This document shows positions 28,130-38,895 of a stretch of DNA of 64,000 nucleotides, piece by piece. The position numbers were made by a program, and so were the translations under genes. The notes beneath the pieces were generated by a model, which saw only the letters and a list, made by a program, of their open reading frames with translations, searched no databases and was not told the DNA's origin. Source of the DNA: Patescibacteria group bacterium. Its GTDB lineage: Bacteria > Patescibacteriota > JAHJAL01. Numbering within the stretch: position 1 is the first letter of the stretch; each line of letters starts with the position of its first letter. The DNA lies in NCBI GenBank assembly GCA_049322675.1, contig JBMORM010000025.1, forward strand, positions 128,520 through 192,519. Reading direction: 5' to 3'.

Positions 28130-29152
28130 ATGAAAGTAGCAATCAATGGATTTGGTAGGATCGGGCGACAGGTATTGCGAGCAGCTTATAAGAATGGTTG
28201 GCACAAGAATATTATTGCTTGCAATGATTTGACGGATGTGGAGACTTTAGCTCATCTGATGAGATATGATACTGTATATCGAAAATTTGAAGGAAAGGTG
28301 GAAACAAAGCCGGGCGACGATAAGTATGTTGGATATTTGGTTATCGATGGTCATCAAATTGGAGTTTTGGCACAGAAAGATCCGACAATGTTACCTTGGA
28401 AAGATTTGGAGATAGATGTTGTTGTCGAATCTACCGGGTTTTTTACTGACAGGTCGGGAGCGGAAAAACATTTGACAGCGGGTGCCAAAAGGGTTGTTAT
28501 TTCTGCGCCGGCAAAGTCGGACGATATCGAAACTTTCGTTATTGGTGTCAATGAAAAAGATTTAGATGATCAAACGATAATTTCCAATGCCTCTTGCACT
28601 TCAAACTGTATTGCGCCTGTGGCTAAGATAATTGAGGAAAATTATGGAATTGAAAAAGCTATGATGACTACGACTCATGCCTATACGGCTGACCAGGTTT
28701 TGGTGGATGGTCCTCATCGGGATCGTCGACGGGGGCGGGCGGCGGCAATGAATATTGTTCCAACCAGTACTGGAGCAGCAACCGCGGTGGCAAAAACCAT
28801 AACCACATTGAAGGGTAATTTCGACGGATTGGCGATACGGGTTCCGGTGATTTGTGGTTCGTTGGCAGATTTTACTTTTCTTTTGAGAAAAAATGTTACA
28901 AAAGAAGAAGTAAATAAATTGATTTCTGAATTGGCGGAGGGACAGTATAAAAATATTATTCAAGCTACAAATGAACCATTGGTTTCTACTGATATTATTG
29001 GCAATGAACATTCGGCAATAATAGATTTGGGATTAACTATGGTGGTTGGTGGCAATATGCTGAAAGTGATTGCTTGGTATGATAACGAATGGGGTTATAG
29101 CAATAGGTTGTTTGAATTGTTGAGATCGATGGAGGGAAAGTATGGCAATTAG
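28130..29152 (+). CDS. gap: Glyceraldehyde-3-phosphate dehydrogenase, type I
   Basis: INGFGRIGR NAD-binding motif and ASCTSNCIAP active-site Cys; SD AAGGAG. Confidence 0.9.
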   Translation: MKVAINGFGRIGRQVLRAAYKNGWHKNIIACNDLTDVETLAHLMRYDTVYRKFEGKVETKPGDDKYVGYLVIDGHQIGVLAQKDPTMLPWKDLEIDVVVESTGFFTDRSGAEKHLTAGAKRVVISAPAKSDDIETFVIGVNEKDLDDQTIISNASCTSNCIAPVAKIIEENYGIEKAMMTTTHAYTADQVLVDGPHRDRRRGRAAAMNIVPTSTGAATAVAKTITTLKGNFDGLAIRVPVICGSLADFTFLLRKNVTKEEVNKLISELAEGQYKNIIQATNEPLVSTDIIGNEHSAIIDLGLTMVVGGNMLKVIAWYDNEWGYSNRLFELLRSMEGKYGN

Positions 29153-30356
29153 GACGCTAGATAAAGCGGATTTAAAAGATAAGATAGTCCTTGTGCGTGC
29201 AGATTATAATGTTCCAATGGAAGGATTAAAAATTGTTGATAATACAAGAATCGTTGAAAATATGCCCACTATCAGAGATTTGTTGAATAGGGGGGTCAAA
29301 AAAGTTGTAATAATATCTCATTTGGGACGTCCATTGGGGTCAGTAGTGGAAGAATTGCGTTTGAAGCCTATTGTTGCTGAATTGGAGTCCTGTTTGGGGG
29401 AAGAAGTGGATTATTTTTCAGATGATATAAATTTGGTTACTAGAGAAAAAATCGAGAGTTCTACTTTTAGAGTGATTTGTTTGGAAAATATCAGATTCGA
29501 TCAAAGAGAGGAAAATGGTGGCGAGGATTTAGCGAAAAAAATCTCGGAGTTGGCTGATATTTTTGTTTTGGACGCATTTTCTGTTGCTCATAGAGCTCAT
29601 GCAAGTGTGGTAGGGGTTGCAAAATTTTTGCCCACTTATGCTGGCTTGGCTCTTATAAAGGAATATGAGAGTATTAATATTTTTTTAAAAAATGTTAGAA
29701 AGCCATTTTGGGGGTTTTTTGGCGGGATTAAACTTGATGATAAAATGCCAGTGATTAAGTCATTGGTTGATAAATTAAATGGCATAGCTATTGGATCTAG
29801 TATTGCAGTAGCATTTTTGAAAAGATATGGTTTTGGTGTGGGTGATTCGATTGTTTCAAAAGATAGCGAAGTAGTTGTTGATCAATTTTTGGAGTTTGTA
29901 CTGGAAAAAAATATCCAAGTTGTTTATCCGAGAGATTTGATCATTGGTGATTCATTGAGTTTTAGGCGAGTAAAAGTTTTTGATATTGATTTTAATAAGA
30001 TTATTAAGAAAGAAGTTTCTCCTATTGTTGTTTGTGAGGATGGAGAGGGAATATATGATGTGGGAGAAAAAAGTGTAATAGAATATCAAAAAGTCATTGG
30101 TGCCGCAGGTTCAGTTTTTTGGAACGGGCCGTTTGGTTGGGTGGAAAAAGATGAATTCTCGCAGGGAACAATAGAATTAGCAAGATTTATGGCTAAGTCA
30201 CCCGCACAAGTGTTGATTGGTGGAGGTGATACAGTAGGTTTTGTTGCCGCAAAGGGCATGGTTAATGAATATGATTTTGTTTCAACTAGTGGTGGGGCGA
30301 TGTTAGAGTATATTGCCAATGGTACTTTACCTGGTTTAGACATTGTAAAAGAATAA
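29142..30356 (+). CDS. pgk: Phosphoglycerate kinase
   Basis: VLVRADYNVP N-terminal signature and the C-terminal block GGGDTVGFV...STSGGAMLEY. Confidence 0.85.
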   Translation: MAIRTLDKADLKDKIVLVRADYNVPMEGLKIVDNTRIVENMPTIRDLLNRGVKKVVIISHLGRPLGSVVEELRLKPIVAELESCLGEEVDYFSDDINLVTREKIESSTFRVICLENIRFDQREENGGEDLAKKISELADIFVLDAFSVAHRAHASVVGVAKFLPTYAGLALIKEYESINIFLKNVRKPFWGFFGGIKLDDKMPVIKSLVDKLNGIAIGSSIAVAFLKRYGFGVGDSIVSKDSEVVVDQFLEFVLEKNIQVVYPRDLIIGDSLSFRRVKVFDIDFNKIIKKEVSPIVVCEDGEGIYDVGEKSVIEYQKVIGAAGSVFWNGPFGWVEKDEFSQGTIELARFMAKSPAQVLIGGGDTVGFVAAKGMVNEYDFVSTSGGAMLEYIANGTLPGLDIVKE

Positions 30357-30376
30357 TTTTTTTGTTTTTTTAAAAA

Positions 30377-30404
30377 AATAACGGATATTATTCCGTTATT
30401 TTTG
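30377..30404 (+). terminator. Rho-independent terminator after pgk
   Basis: AATAACGGA-tattat-TCCGTTATT followed by TTTG. Confidence 0.65.
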
Positions 30405-30471
30405 TGTTGTGTCTAGCGTTGACTATATAAAATAATAGTGTTATTGTTAAGGTAATTATTTTAATATTGGG

Positions 30472-31836
30472 ATGATAAAAATTATGGTTGAAATTAAAAA
30501 GATACCTGAAAGTAGGATAGTGATGGAAATATTTGTTACATCTGAAGAGGTTCAAAAATATAAAAATGAAGCATTGGGTATTTTGGGCCAACAAGTAAAA
30601 TTGGAAGGTTTTCGAAAAGGTAAGGTTCCATTGAATATTTTGAAAGAGAATATTGACAGGGATAAGTGGCTGATTGAGACCGTTGATGTGGCAATCAACA
30701 ATAAATATTATGAAATCGTTGTTGCAAATAAGGATAAATATTTGGTGATTGGTAGTCCAAAAATTGATTTTAAATCAAAGATTGATTTTGATTCTATTGA
30801 CGCTGGTATAAGTTTTACGGCAGAAGTTGATGTGTATCCTGAAGTATCTTTGCCTGATTTGAGCAAGATCAAAGTTGAACAAAAAAAAGCGGTTGTCTTG
30901 GATGAAGATTTTGAGAAAAGTAAAGATTTGTTATTAAAAAAAAGATCTACTTTGACCGAGACTCAGGAAGGATATAATACGATCAAGGGAGATTGGATTG
31001 ATATTGATTATGAAGTAGAAATTGATGGAAAAAAAATATCTGATGCTGGGACAAAAAGTTTTCCTTTGATTATTGGTAATAAAATAATGACTGATGGTTT
31101 TGAGGATTATTTGCTAGAACATAGGGTGGGGGATGAGTTTGATTTTGTGTTAAAGGTTGATAGTGATTATAGAGACAAGAGGTTGGCTGGAAAAAATGTA
31201 AAATTTTATGTAAAGGTTAACGATATCAAAAAATTGGTAGTTCCTGAGTTCAATGATGATTTTGTAATTAGTTTGGCGATTGATGGTATTAATACAACTG
31301 ATGCTTTCAAAAAATACATGATGGAAAATTTGCTTTTGGAAAAGGAGAGGGAAGTAGAAGAGAGCGTCAAAAATGAAATTTTGGGAAAAATTGAAGCCGG
31401 AGTACAGATCGAATTGCCGGTTAGTTTGGTTGAGCAAGAATTGGACATGATGTGGCATGAATTTGAGCATAATTTGAGAGATAAAGGCATTGCGACGGAT
31501 GATTATCTAAAAAGAGAGAATGTTGATATGGAAAAGATAAAGGAGGGATGGAGAGAGCAGGCTACTAAGAGAGTTAGATTTGGGTTGATAATACGTGAAT
31601 TAATTAAAAGTTTGGATATAAAAGTTGACGAAAAAAACGTTATTGATTATTTGGAAAAGAGAATGAGTGTTATTAAACAAGATTTATTAAAACATGCGCC
31701 TGACAGTTTTGAGAAGATGGAACAAGAATATCGAAAAAAACTTTTTTCTGAAGATTATAAAAAACGCGCTGAGCAAGAATTGATTATTGATAAAATGTTT
31801 GATGTTTTAAAATCGATGACAGTTGTAAAAAAATAA
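30472..31836 (+). CDS. tig: Trigger factor
   Basis: N-terminal ribosome-binding domain with GFRKGKVP, and the overall FKBP plus C-terminal arm architecture. The start may be ATG at 30484. Confidence 0.8.
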   Translation: MIKIMVEIKKIPESRIVMEIFVTSEEVQKYKNEALGILGQQVKLEGFRKGKVPLNILKENIDRDKWLIETVDVAINNKYYEIVVANKDKYLVIGSPKIDFKSKIDFDSIDAGISFTAEVDVYPEVSLPDLSKIKVEQKKAVVLDEDFEKSKDLLLKKRSTLTETQEGYNTIKGDWIDIDYEVEIDGKKISDAGTKSFPLIIGNKIMTDGFEDYLLEHRVGDEFDFVLKVDSDYRDKRLAGKNVKFYVKVNDIKKLVVPEFNDDFVISLAIDGINTTDAFKKYMMENLLLEKEREVEESVKNEILGKIEAGVQIELPVSLVEQELDMMWHEFEHNLRDKGIATDDYLKRENVDMEKIKEGWREQATKRVRFGLIIRELIKSLDIKVDEKNVIDYLEKRMSVIKQDLLKHAPDSFEKMEQEYRKKLFSEDYKKRAEQELIIDKMFDVLKSMTVVKK

Positions 31837-31855
31837 TTATTTAAATAAATATATT

Positions 31856-32449
31856 ATGAAATCAAGTACAATTATAAATCAGTTGGTGCCGATGGTAATT
31901 GAAAAGTCGGCATATGGTGAGAGAGCTTATGATATTTTTTCTAGGTTGTTGAAAGAAAGAATTATTTTTCTTGGTTCTCCAATTGATGATGGTATTGCTA
32001 ATTTGATTGTTGCTCAATTGCTTTTTTTGCAAAGCGAGGATGAAAAAAAAGAGATTAAGTTTTATATTAATTCACCAGGTGGGTCAGTGACTGCAGGGAT
32101 GGCTATTTATGATACTATGCAGCATATTAAATCTGATGTTGCTACAATATGTATAGGTCAAGCTGCTTCGATGGCAGCGGTATTGTTGTCGGCTGGTGAA
32201 AAAGGAAAACGTTTCGCCTTACCTAATTCCAGAATTATGATTCATCAAATTATGGGTGGGGTTGAAGGACAAGCTTCAGATGTAGAAATTCAGGCAAATG
32301 AGATGTTGAGGTTGAAAAAGAAATTAAACGAAATATTGGTTGTTCATACCAGACAAAGCTATGAAAAAATAGATAAAGATACAGATCGTGACTTTTTTAT
32401 GTCACCCGATGAGGCGAAAAAATATGGTTTAATAGACAAGGTTTTATAG
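31856..32449 (+). CDS. clpP: ATP-dependent Clp protease proteolytic subunit
   Basis: [12 protein letters not shown]...[19 protein letters not shown]...GQAASMAA...IMIHQ carries the Ser-His-Asp triad context. Confidence 0.9.
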   Translation: MKSSTIINQLVPMVIEKSAYGERAYDIFSRLLKERIIFLGSPIDDGIANLIVAQLLFLQSEDEKKEIKFYINSPGGSVTAGMAIYDTMQHIKSDVATICIGQAASMAAVLLSAGEKGKRFALPNSRIMIHQIMGGVEGQASDVEIQANEMLRLKKKLNEILVVHTRQSYEKIDKDTDRDFFMSPDEAKKYGLIDKVL

Positions 32450-32509
32450 TAATTTTTACTTGACATATATTTTTTATGGTGTTATTATTTTTTTGTTTAA
32501 GGGATTACA

Positions 32510-33643
32510 GTGAATAATATGAATAATCAAGTGAATAACTCTAATCAGCCTATTGGTCAGAGTGAGGGTAAGTTGTTGGACAGCATATATGCTTCTTGGC
32601 AGCAGGAGGAGTTGGATAATATTAATGTTACCAATATGATTGCCAAGGCTTTTGGTGGTTTGAAACGCAAACAGAGGCATGTTTTAAAGAGGAGATATGG
32701 AATTGGTGGTTTGGAAAAAAAGACTTTGCAAGAGATAGGTGATAGTTTTGGTGTTACTAGAGAAAGAATAAGACAGATAGAGAGATCAGCGTTAAAAAAA
32801 TTGAACAAAGAAGTAAATATTAAATATTTTCGTCCGGTTACGGCAGCAGTTGCTTTTGAATTGGAAAAATCTGGTGGAATTATATCAGAGCGAACATTAA
32901 TAAGACGCATTTTAGGTAATAATTATTCAGAGGAAAATAATAGTGGTATGAAATTGATTTTGGAGGTTTTTCCTGATTTTTATTATGCTAAAGAGTGTGA
33001 TCATAAAAATGAAGCCTGGCATCTAAGAGAATGTGATCTAGAAAGAGTCGTAAAGGTGATAAAAAGTTCGATTGAGTATTTGGAAAATAGAGGGGAAATA
33101 GTGTCTATTGATGAATTAAAAAGTGATATTGCTAGTAAACATGAATTGACTGAAGATCATTTGGTGTCGCTTATGGATTTGTCGAAGATGATTATGCAAA
33201 CATCTGATGGTGGTTTTGGTCTTAAATCTTGGAAGTTTATAAATCCAAAGAATATTAGGGACAAGATATTTTTTGTTTTTCATAGAACAAAGAAACCTAT
33301 GCATTTTATGGAAATTACCGATTTAATAGTGAAAGAGGATTTTTTGCATAAGAAAAAAATAACTCACCAGGCGGTTCACAATGAGTTGATTGCTGATGAT
33401 AGATATGTTTTGATAGGCAAAGGAATATACGCTTTGAAAGAGTGGGGTTATCAACCTGGTACAGTAGTGGATGTTATCAAACAGATAATAAAGGAGGCAA
33501 AAAGACCTCTTTCAAAGGCTGAAATTATCGAAGAGGTCTTAAAACGTAGAATAGTGAAAAAAAATACTATTGTCATTAATTTGCATAATAAAAAATATTT
33601 TGACAGAACTACTGATGATAACTTTGTTTTGAAAAATCAATAA
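32510..33643 (+). CDS. Sigma-70 region-4 HTH domain fused to a HARE-HTH (RNAP delta-like) domain; putative transcription/DNA-binding factor
   Basis: N-terminal block LKRRYGIGGLEKKTLQEIGDSFGVTRERIRQIERSALKKL (sigma region 4.2). C-terminal KPMHFMEITDLI...RYVLIGKGIYALKEW matches the HARE-HTH signature (GKGxYxLKEW). GTG start at 32510 or ATG at 32519. Confidence 0.5.
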   Translation: MNNMNNQVNNSNQPIGQSEGKLLDSIYASWQQEELDNINVTNMIAKAFGGLKRKQRHVLKRRYGIGGLEKKTLQEIGDSFGVTRERIRQIERSALKKLNKEVNIKYFRPVTAAVAFELEKSGGIISERTLIRRILGNNYSEENNSGMKLILEVFPDFYYAKECDHKNEAWHLRECDLERVVKVIKSSIEYLENRGEIVSIDELKSDIASKHELTEDHLVSLMDLSKMIMQTSDGGFGLKSWKFINPKNIRDKIFFVFHRTKKPMHFMEITDLIVKEDFLHKKKITHQAVHNELIADDRYVLIGKGIYALKEWGYQPGTVVDVIKQIIKEAKRPLSKAEIIEEVLKRRIVKKNTIVINLHNKKYFDRTTDDNFVLKNQ

Positions 33644-33676
33644 AAATAAATAAAAAATAAATATATACTGTATTTA

Positions 33677-36379
33677 ATGGGAAATTTTTATTACATAGGT
33701 TTGTTTTTGTTATTTTTGGTGGTATGGGTAGGAATAGTGTACCTTGCTTTTTTGGCGTGGCAATATCGCAGATATAGGACATGGTTAAAAAACCAAAAAT
33801 ACCAGTGTTTGTTAATAAAAGTTCCTAAAAAAAATGAAAAAAATGCGTTATCGGCGGAGCAAATGTATGCGAGTTTGCATGGAATAATGCGCAATCGCTG
33901 GGTAATGTTTTGGGAAGGAAGCATGCAGGAACATATAAGTTTTGAGATAGTTTCTTCAAATAAGTATATAAAATTTTATGGATTTGTTCCGGATTATTTG
34001 GTTGAATTTGTTGAAGGTCAGATTTATGCTCAGTATCCCACTGTTTTGATTGAGAAGGTAGATGATTATATTTCAGAGTATAAGTATCAAAATAAAGACT
34101 TTTCTTCATGTGAGTTGGTATTGGATAAAGATGAGGTTTATCCGTTGAGAACATTTGAAACATTTGATGTTGATCCTTTGGCAGGTATTACTGCAGTTTT
34201 AAGTAAATTGGGTGATACGAAAAATCAGATATGGTTGCAGTTTTTGATTCGACCGGTAAATAATCATTGGCAGCATAGAAGTCAGAAGATAATAAACAAA
34301 ATTAGAGGCGGTGTTGACACATTATCTTTTTTTGGTTTTGTTGGAAGCTTTTTAAGTTTGATTGTTAATCATATCTTAAATCCAGGGAGCACGAATGAGA
34401 AAGCTTCAGAAAACAAGAAGGTGTTATCTGGTCCTGAAGAGGAAGCAATTGCAGAAATAAATAAAAAATCAGTAAAATTAGGATTTGAGACAAAAATTAG
34501 AATTATTGCTTTTGGAGATAGCTCTATTGACGCTAAAAGTAAATTGCAGTCAATTATTGGGACGTTTAAACAATTTAGTCTTACCAATCTTAATAGTTTG
34601 AGTGCCAATCGTATTAGCGTGGGGAATTTTAGAGATTTGGAAGTGTATAAAAATAGAAGTTTTGCAGGAAAAGGTTTTGTGTTGAATACTGCCGAATTAG
34701 CGAGTTTATTTCATTTGCCAAGTATTTCTGTTGAGACGCCAACTATCGTTTGGTCAAATAATAAAGTAGCTGAGCCGCCAAGCAATTTGCCGACAGTAAA
34801 TAATTCAAATTTAGCTGATCTAACTGTATTTGCAAAAACTGATTTTAGAGAATTGGAGAATGTTTTTGGAATAAAAACTGAAGATAGGTCGAAACATGTT
34901 TATATCGTGGGAAAGACAGGTATGGGTAAAACTTCTTTGTTGCAAAACATGGTTATTGACGATATGAGAAAGGGCAGGGGAATAGCTGTGGTAGATCCGC
35001 ATGGTGACTTTGTTGATACGGTATTGAATTATGTTCCTTCAAACAGAATAAATGATGTTGTTTTATTTGATCCTGGAGATAGAGATAATCCGATTGCCTT
35101 TAATTTACTTGAGAATGTTGCTGATGATTATAAACCTATTATTGCTTCAGGTTTAATTGCGATTTTTAAAAAACTTTGGCATGATTCCTGGGGACCAAGA
35201 TTGGAACATATATTGCGCTATACTTTTTTGGCTTTATTAGATTATGAGGGAAGTACATTTTTGTGTGTTCCTCGGTTGCTTTCAGATGAAGTTTTTAGAA
35301 ATGAGGTTATTAATCATATTAAGGATCCGGTAGTAAAAGATTTTTGGGAAGTCGAGTTCAATGGTTATACTGATAAACTAAGGCAGGATGCGATATCTCC
35401 TATTCAAAATAAAATTGGTCAATTTTTGGCAAGCTCGACGATTAGAAATATTGTTGGGCAGCCAAAAACGGCTATCAATATCAGGGAGGTGATGGATAGC
35501 AAGAAGATCTTGTTGGTTAAAGTTGCAAAGGGTGTAGTTGGAGAGGACAATGCTGCATTGTTGGGTGCAATGATAATTACTAAAATCCAATTGGCTGCTA
35601 TGAGTAGGGCGGATATATCTGAAGAAAAGCGTATTCCTTTCAATCTGTATGTTGATGAATTTCAAAATTTTGCTACTGAAAGTTTTGCGTCTATTTTATC
35701 GGAAGCTAGAAAATATAAATTGAATTTGCATGTTGCGAATCAATATATTGAACAGATGGAAGATGTAGTTCGTGGGGCTGTATTTGGTAATGTTGGTACT
35801 TTGATTACTTTTAGAATCGGAGCTACAGATGCGGATTATTTATCTAAAGAGTTTGCACCTACTTTTTTGGCAGAAGATTTGACCAACTTGGAGAAATTTC
35901 ACATTTATCTGCGTATGACAATTGATGGGATTTCTAGTCCGGCTTTTTCCGCGGTTACTTTAAGTTTGCCAGTAGAAAAAACAAATAATGTTGATAAAGT
36001 ACTTTTTTCTTCTAGGGAAAAGTATGGCACTAAAAGAGATTTTGTTGAGACAAAAATTAAGGAGTGGTCTGAAGTATTGGATTCTAAAAAAAAGAAGGTG
36101 AACAACAATAAGTGCGGAAAAAAAGGAAATATGGTGATGAAGAAGACTGATGAGTCGGTTGTTGAAATGGATCAAGAAAAAAGAGAACAATTGTTAACGA
36201 AGTTGAAGGCATTTCAAGAAGAGAGAACCAGTAATAAAGATGACAATATTAAGATTGATTTGGACAAAGAAGCTGTTAAAAGAAAGTTGGTTGAGTTTAA
36301 TAATACAAGAATGAAAAAGTCAGATTTTAGCGAGAAAATAATTGAGGATAATGATGAGGAAATTATTATCGAACAATAG
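33677..36379 (+). CDS. Membrane-anchored P-loop ATPase of the FtsK/HerA/TraG-VirD4 (type IV coupling protein, TraG-D_C type) superfamily
   Basis: N-terminal TM segment. Walker A VGKTGMGKTS; Walker B LYVDEFQNF; then the EARKYKLNLHVANQY...Q arginine-finger block typical of TraG/TraD/HerA. Lys/Glu-rich C-terminal tail. Confidence 0.5.
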   Translation: MGNFYYIGLFLLFLVVWVGIVYLAFLAWQYRRYRTWLKNQKYQCLLIKVPKKNEKNALSAEQMYASLHGIMRNRWVMFWEGSMQEHISFEIVSSNKYIKFYGFVPDYLVEFVEGQIYAQYPTVLIEKVDDYISEYKYQNKDFSSCELVLDKDEVYPLRTFETFDVDPLAGITAVLSKLGDTKNQIWLQFLIRPVNNHWQHRSQKIINKIRGGVDTLSFFGFVGSFLSLIVNHILNPGSTNEKASENKKVLSGPEEEAIAEINKKSVKLGFETKIRIIAFGDSSIDAKSKLQSIIGTFKQFSLTNLNSLSANRISVGNFRDLEVYKNRSFAGKGFVLNTAELASLFHLPSISVETPTIVWSNNKVAEPPSNLPTVNNSNLADLTVFAKTDFRELENVFGIKTEDRSKHVYIVGKTGMGKTSLLQNMVIDDMRKGRGIAVVDPHGDFVDTVLNYVPSNRINDVVLFDPGDRDNPIAFNLLENVADDYKPIIASGLIAIFKKLWHDSWGPRLEHILRYTFLALLDYEGSTFLCVPRLLSDEVFRNEVINHIKDPVVKDFWEVEFNGYTDKLRQDAISPIQNKIGQFLASSTIRNIVGQPKTAINIREVMDSKKILLVKVAKGVVGEDNAALLGAMIITKIQLAAMSRADISEEKRIPFNLYVDEFQNFATESFASILSEARKYKLNLHVANQYIEQMEDVVRGAVFGNVGTLITFRIGATDADYLSKEFAPTFLAEDLTNLEKFHIYLRMTIDGISSPAFSAVTLSLPVEKTNNVDKVLFSSREKYGTKRDFVETKIKEWSEVLDSKKKKVNNNKCGKKGNMVMKKTDESVVEMDQEKREQLLTKLKAFQEERTSNKDDNIKIDLDKEAVKRKLVEFNNTRMKKSDFSEKIIEDNDEEIIIEQ

Positions 36380-36430
36380 ATTTTTTTGATTTTTAGTTTG
36401 GATTTTTCAAGAGTGGGGTCAAATGTTATA

Positions 36431-36462
36431 GTCGTACAATGTATCTTGTGCGACTTTTATTG
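36431..36462 (+). terminator. Hairpin plus T-run after the ATPase gene
   Basis: GTCGTACAA-tgtatc-TTGTGCGAC followed by TTTTATTG. Confidence 0.5.
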
Positions 36463-36695
36463 TTGGTTTGGTCGACTTTGATCATATTTAATTTGTGGCA
36501 ATAATGTTGTAATGGTATTGATTTTTTAGATATTTTTTAGATTTAATCTTTCGTAGGTGAATATTCATATTTGTAAAATTAGCTATTTGGTCGCACAATA
36601 CTAAATAATTTTGTTTGTTAATAGAGAATATTATTGTCACTTATAAATAGTGGGTTTTCGCTCTTTTTCGGTGATTATTGAAATTGGGTCCTTCC

Positions 36696-37781
36696 CTATT
36701 GTTCGTCAATGATCTCTTGGCGTATTTCTTTGACTAAATTTAGGTAAAAATTCAAATTATGAATTGTGTTGAGATACATACTTAGTGGTTCGTTGTTGAT
36801 GAAAATATGACGGAGGTAACTGGGTGTATAGTTTTTGCATGTACTACAAGAACAGTTTTTGTCTAAAATGCTAAAATCTTTTTTGTATTTTTTTTGTTTA
36901 ATTCTAATTGTGCCTTGTGACGAGAAAAGATAACCGTGGCGTGCATTTCTAGTGGGCATTACGCAATCAAACATATCGATACCGTTTTTTATTGCTTCTT
37001 TGATATTTTCGGGTGTTCCAACTCCCATTAGATATCTGGGTTTGTTCTCGGGTAGTAATGGGGTTGTATATTCTAAAACTTTGTACATTTCGTTTGACGT
37101 TTCGCCTACAGCCAATCCACCAATAGCGTATCCATCAAATCCAATTTTTAGCAGTTCATAAACTGATTTTTTGCGTAAGTCGGGAAATAATGCACCTTGG
37201 ACTATGCCAAATAAAGCTTGTTTTGAATTTTCGATTGTATTGTGTTGTTTTTTGCATCGTTTTGCCCATTTTAACGTAAGTATTAATGAGTTGTTGGCGT
37301 ATTCATATGAACAATTGCTTGGTGGACATTCGTCTAAGACCATCATGATATCTGAGCCAAGGTTTTGTTGAATTTTTATGGATTTTTCCGGACTAAGGAA
37401 ATGTTTTGATCCGTCGATGTGAGAAGAAAAATACGCTCCTTTTGGGGTAATTTTTCGAGTTTTGGCCAGACTGAATATTTGGTATCCTCCACTATCGGTG
37501 AGAATTGGTTTTGGCCAATTCATGTATTTATGTAAACTTCCAGACGCCTTGATTATATCGTCTCCTGGTCGGAGATGGAGGTGATAAGTATTGGCAAGTA
37601 AAATATTGGCTTGTAATTCGTTGTTGAGTGTTTTTGTATCTAAGCAACGAATGGCGCCGGCAGTGGCAACTGGCATAAAACAAGGAGTTTGAATTTTGCC
37701 ATGAGGTGTTGTAATTTCCCCTACTCTAGCATTTGTTTTTTTTGATTTTTTTATGACTTTGAATTTGAATAATGATGACAT
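36696..37781 (-). CDS. tgt: Queuine tRNA-ribosyltransferase
   Basis: LTDSGGYQ catalytic motif; Zn site CSCSTC...H; TPHG...TPCFMPV N-terminal block. Confidence 0.9.
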   Translation of the reverse strand: MSSLFKFKVIKKSKKTNARVGEITTPHGKIQTPCFMPVATAGAIRCLDTKTLNNELQANILLANTYHLHLRPGDDIIKASGSLHKYMNWPKPILTDSGGYQIFSLAKTRKITPKGAYFSSHIDGSKHFLSPEKSIKIQQNLGSDIMMVLDECPPSNCSYEYANNSLILTLKWAKRCKKQHNTIENSKQALFGIVQGALFPDLRKKSVYELLKIGFDGYAIGGLAVGETSNEMYKVLEYTTPLLPENKPRYLMGVGTPENIKEAIKNGIDMFDCVMPTRNARHGYLFSSQGTIRIKQKKYKKDFSILDKNCSCSTCKNYTPSYLRHIFINNEPLSMYLNTIHNLNFYLNLVKEIRQEIIDEQ

Positions 37782-37815
37782 AAATGGTAATAAGTTTTAT
37801 AATATAGAGTATTAA

Positions 37816-38895
37816 ATGAATTTTGATTATATGAAATTTAATTCTAGCCAGGATGATTTTGGCGCAAGTCTCGAGGTAGTAAAAAATAAGTTGGCGAAAT
37901 CTGAAATTGTAGCCTCAATTGATCAGTTGAGTTGTGTTGTTGTAGAAAAGTGGTGGAATAATTTGGATAAAATTGTGGTTCCAAAAAATGTAACCGAGTC
38001 GTCAGTTGTCCGAGCGATAGAAGCAGTAAATAAGATATTGATTCCAGCTGGTTTTGAAAAAGTTGGGGTATCTGTTCGGGGCGGTTTAATGACGGATATA
38101 GAAATGGCATCGAATTTGTTGGCAAAAAATCGAATATTATTTAGTAGTGGTGACTTGCCGATTCGAAATATTGTTGGAGGAAATAGTTTTAAATATTGGA
38201 TTGAGGATGTGACGGTTGATGAGAAAAAACCGGTTTCTTTAGCGCAATTGGTAGGTTACCGTTTGCATAATGTAATTAATACGAAACAGTTGGTAGAGAA
38301 ATATCAACAATTGCGTGCAAAAGTGACTAATATCTATGGGTTGAAAGTAATTCGTTGGGATATATATGGTATTTGTGATGATGCGGCAAAAATTATTCCC
38401 TTGTTGGATGAAAAGACAGCATTGGCGATAGAATATTATCCAAGGTTTGGCCGACCGGAGATTTTTTTTGAAAAAATTGATGAATTGAGAAAAAAATATC
38501 CTGGTAAACAGATTGGAATATCATTTGACCCTGTATATTATCAGATGGCGTCAAGTTTGTATAAAGGTTGTATGACTCCGGAAAACTATTTTAGGAAGAT
38601 AATTTCTGAGAGACCTGATCAATTGATGATGTTGGAGGTTAATCAGATTGCTTTGAATCAAAATAAGCCTCATTCGGCAATTACTGATGGAAAAGTAAAT
38701 CATTATGAGATGTTTAATCAGTTGGGGAAAGCATATCGTGGTGGCAGATTGTATTATTTACCTCATTTTGCTTATGAGCCTTCACCAAAATATTATGATC
38801 AAGTCATGGTTGAAGGAAAAGAGTATATGGTTAAATTGAATGAAAGTTTTATGGGAAATGACGAGTATATGTCTGGATCAAAGAGGGATTTGTAG
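37816..38895 (+). CDS. Hypothetical protein, 359 aa
   Basis: ORF only; no motifs recognised. Confidence 0.35.
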   Translation: MNFDYMKFNSSQDDFGASLEVVKNKLAKSEIVASIDQLSCVVVEKWWNNLDKIVVPKNVTESSVVRAIEAVNKILIPAGFEKVGVSVRGGLMTDIEMASNLLAKNRILFSSGDLPIRNIVGGNSFKYWIEDVTVDEKKPVSLAQLVGYRLHNVINTKQLVEKYQQLRAKVTNIYGLKVIRWDIYGICDDAAKIIPLLDEKTALAIEYYPRFGRPEIFFEKIDELRKKYPGKQIGISFDPVYYQMASSLYKGCMTPENYFRKIISERPDQLMMLEVNQIALNQNKPHSAITDGKVNHYEMFNQLGKAYRGGRLYYLPHFAYEPSPKYYDQVMVEGKEYMVKLNESFMGNDEYMSGSKRDL

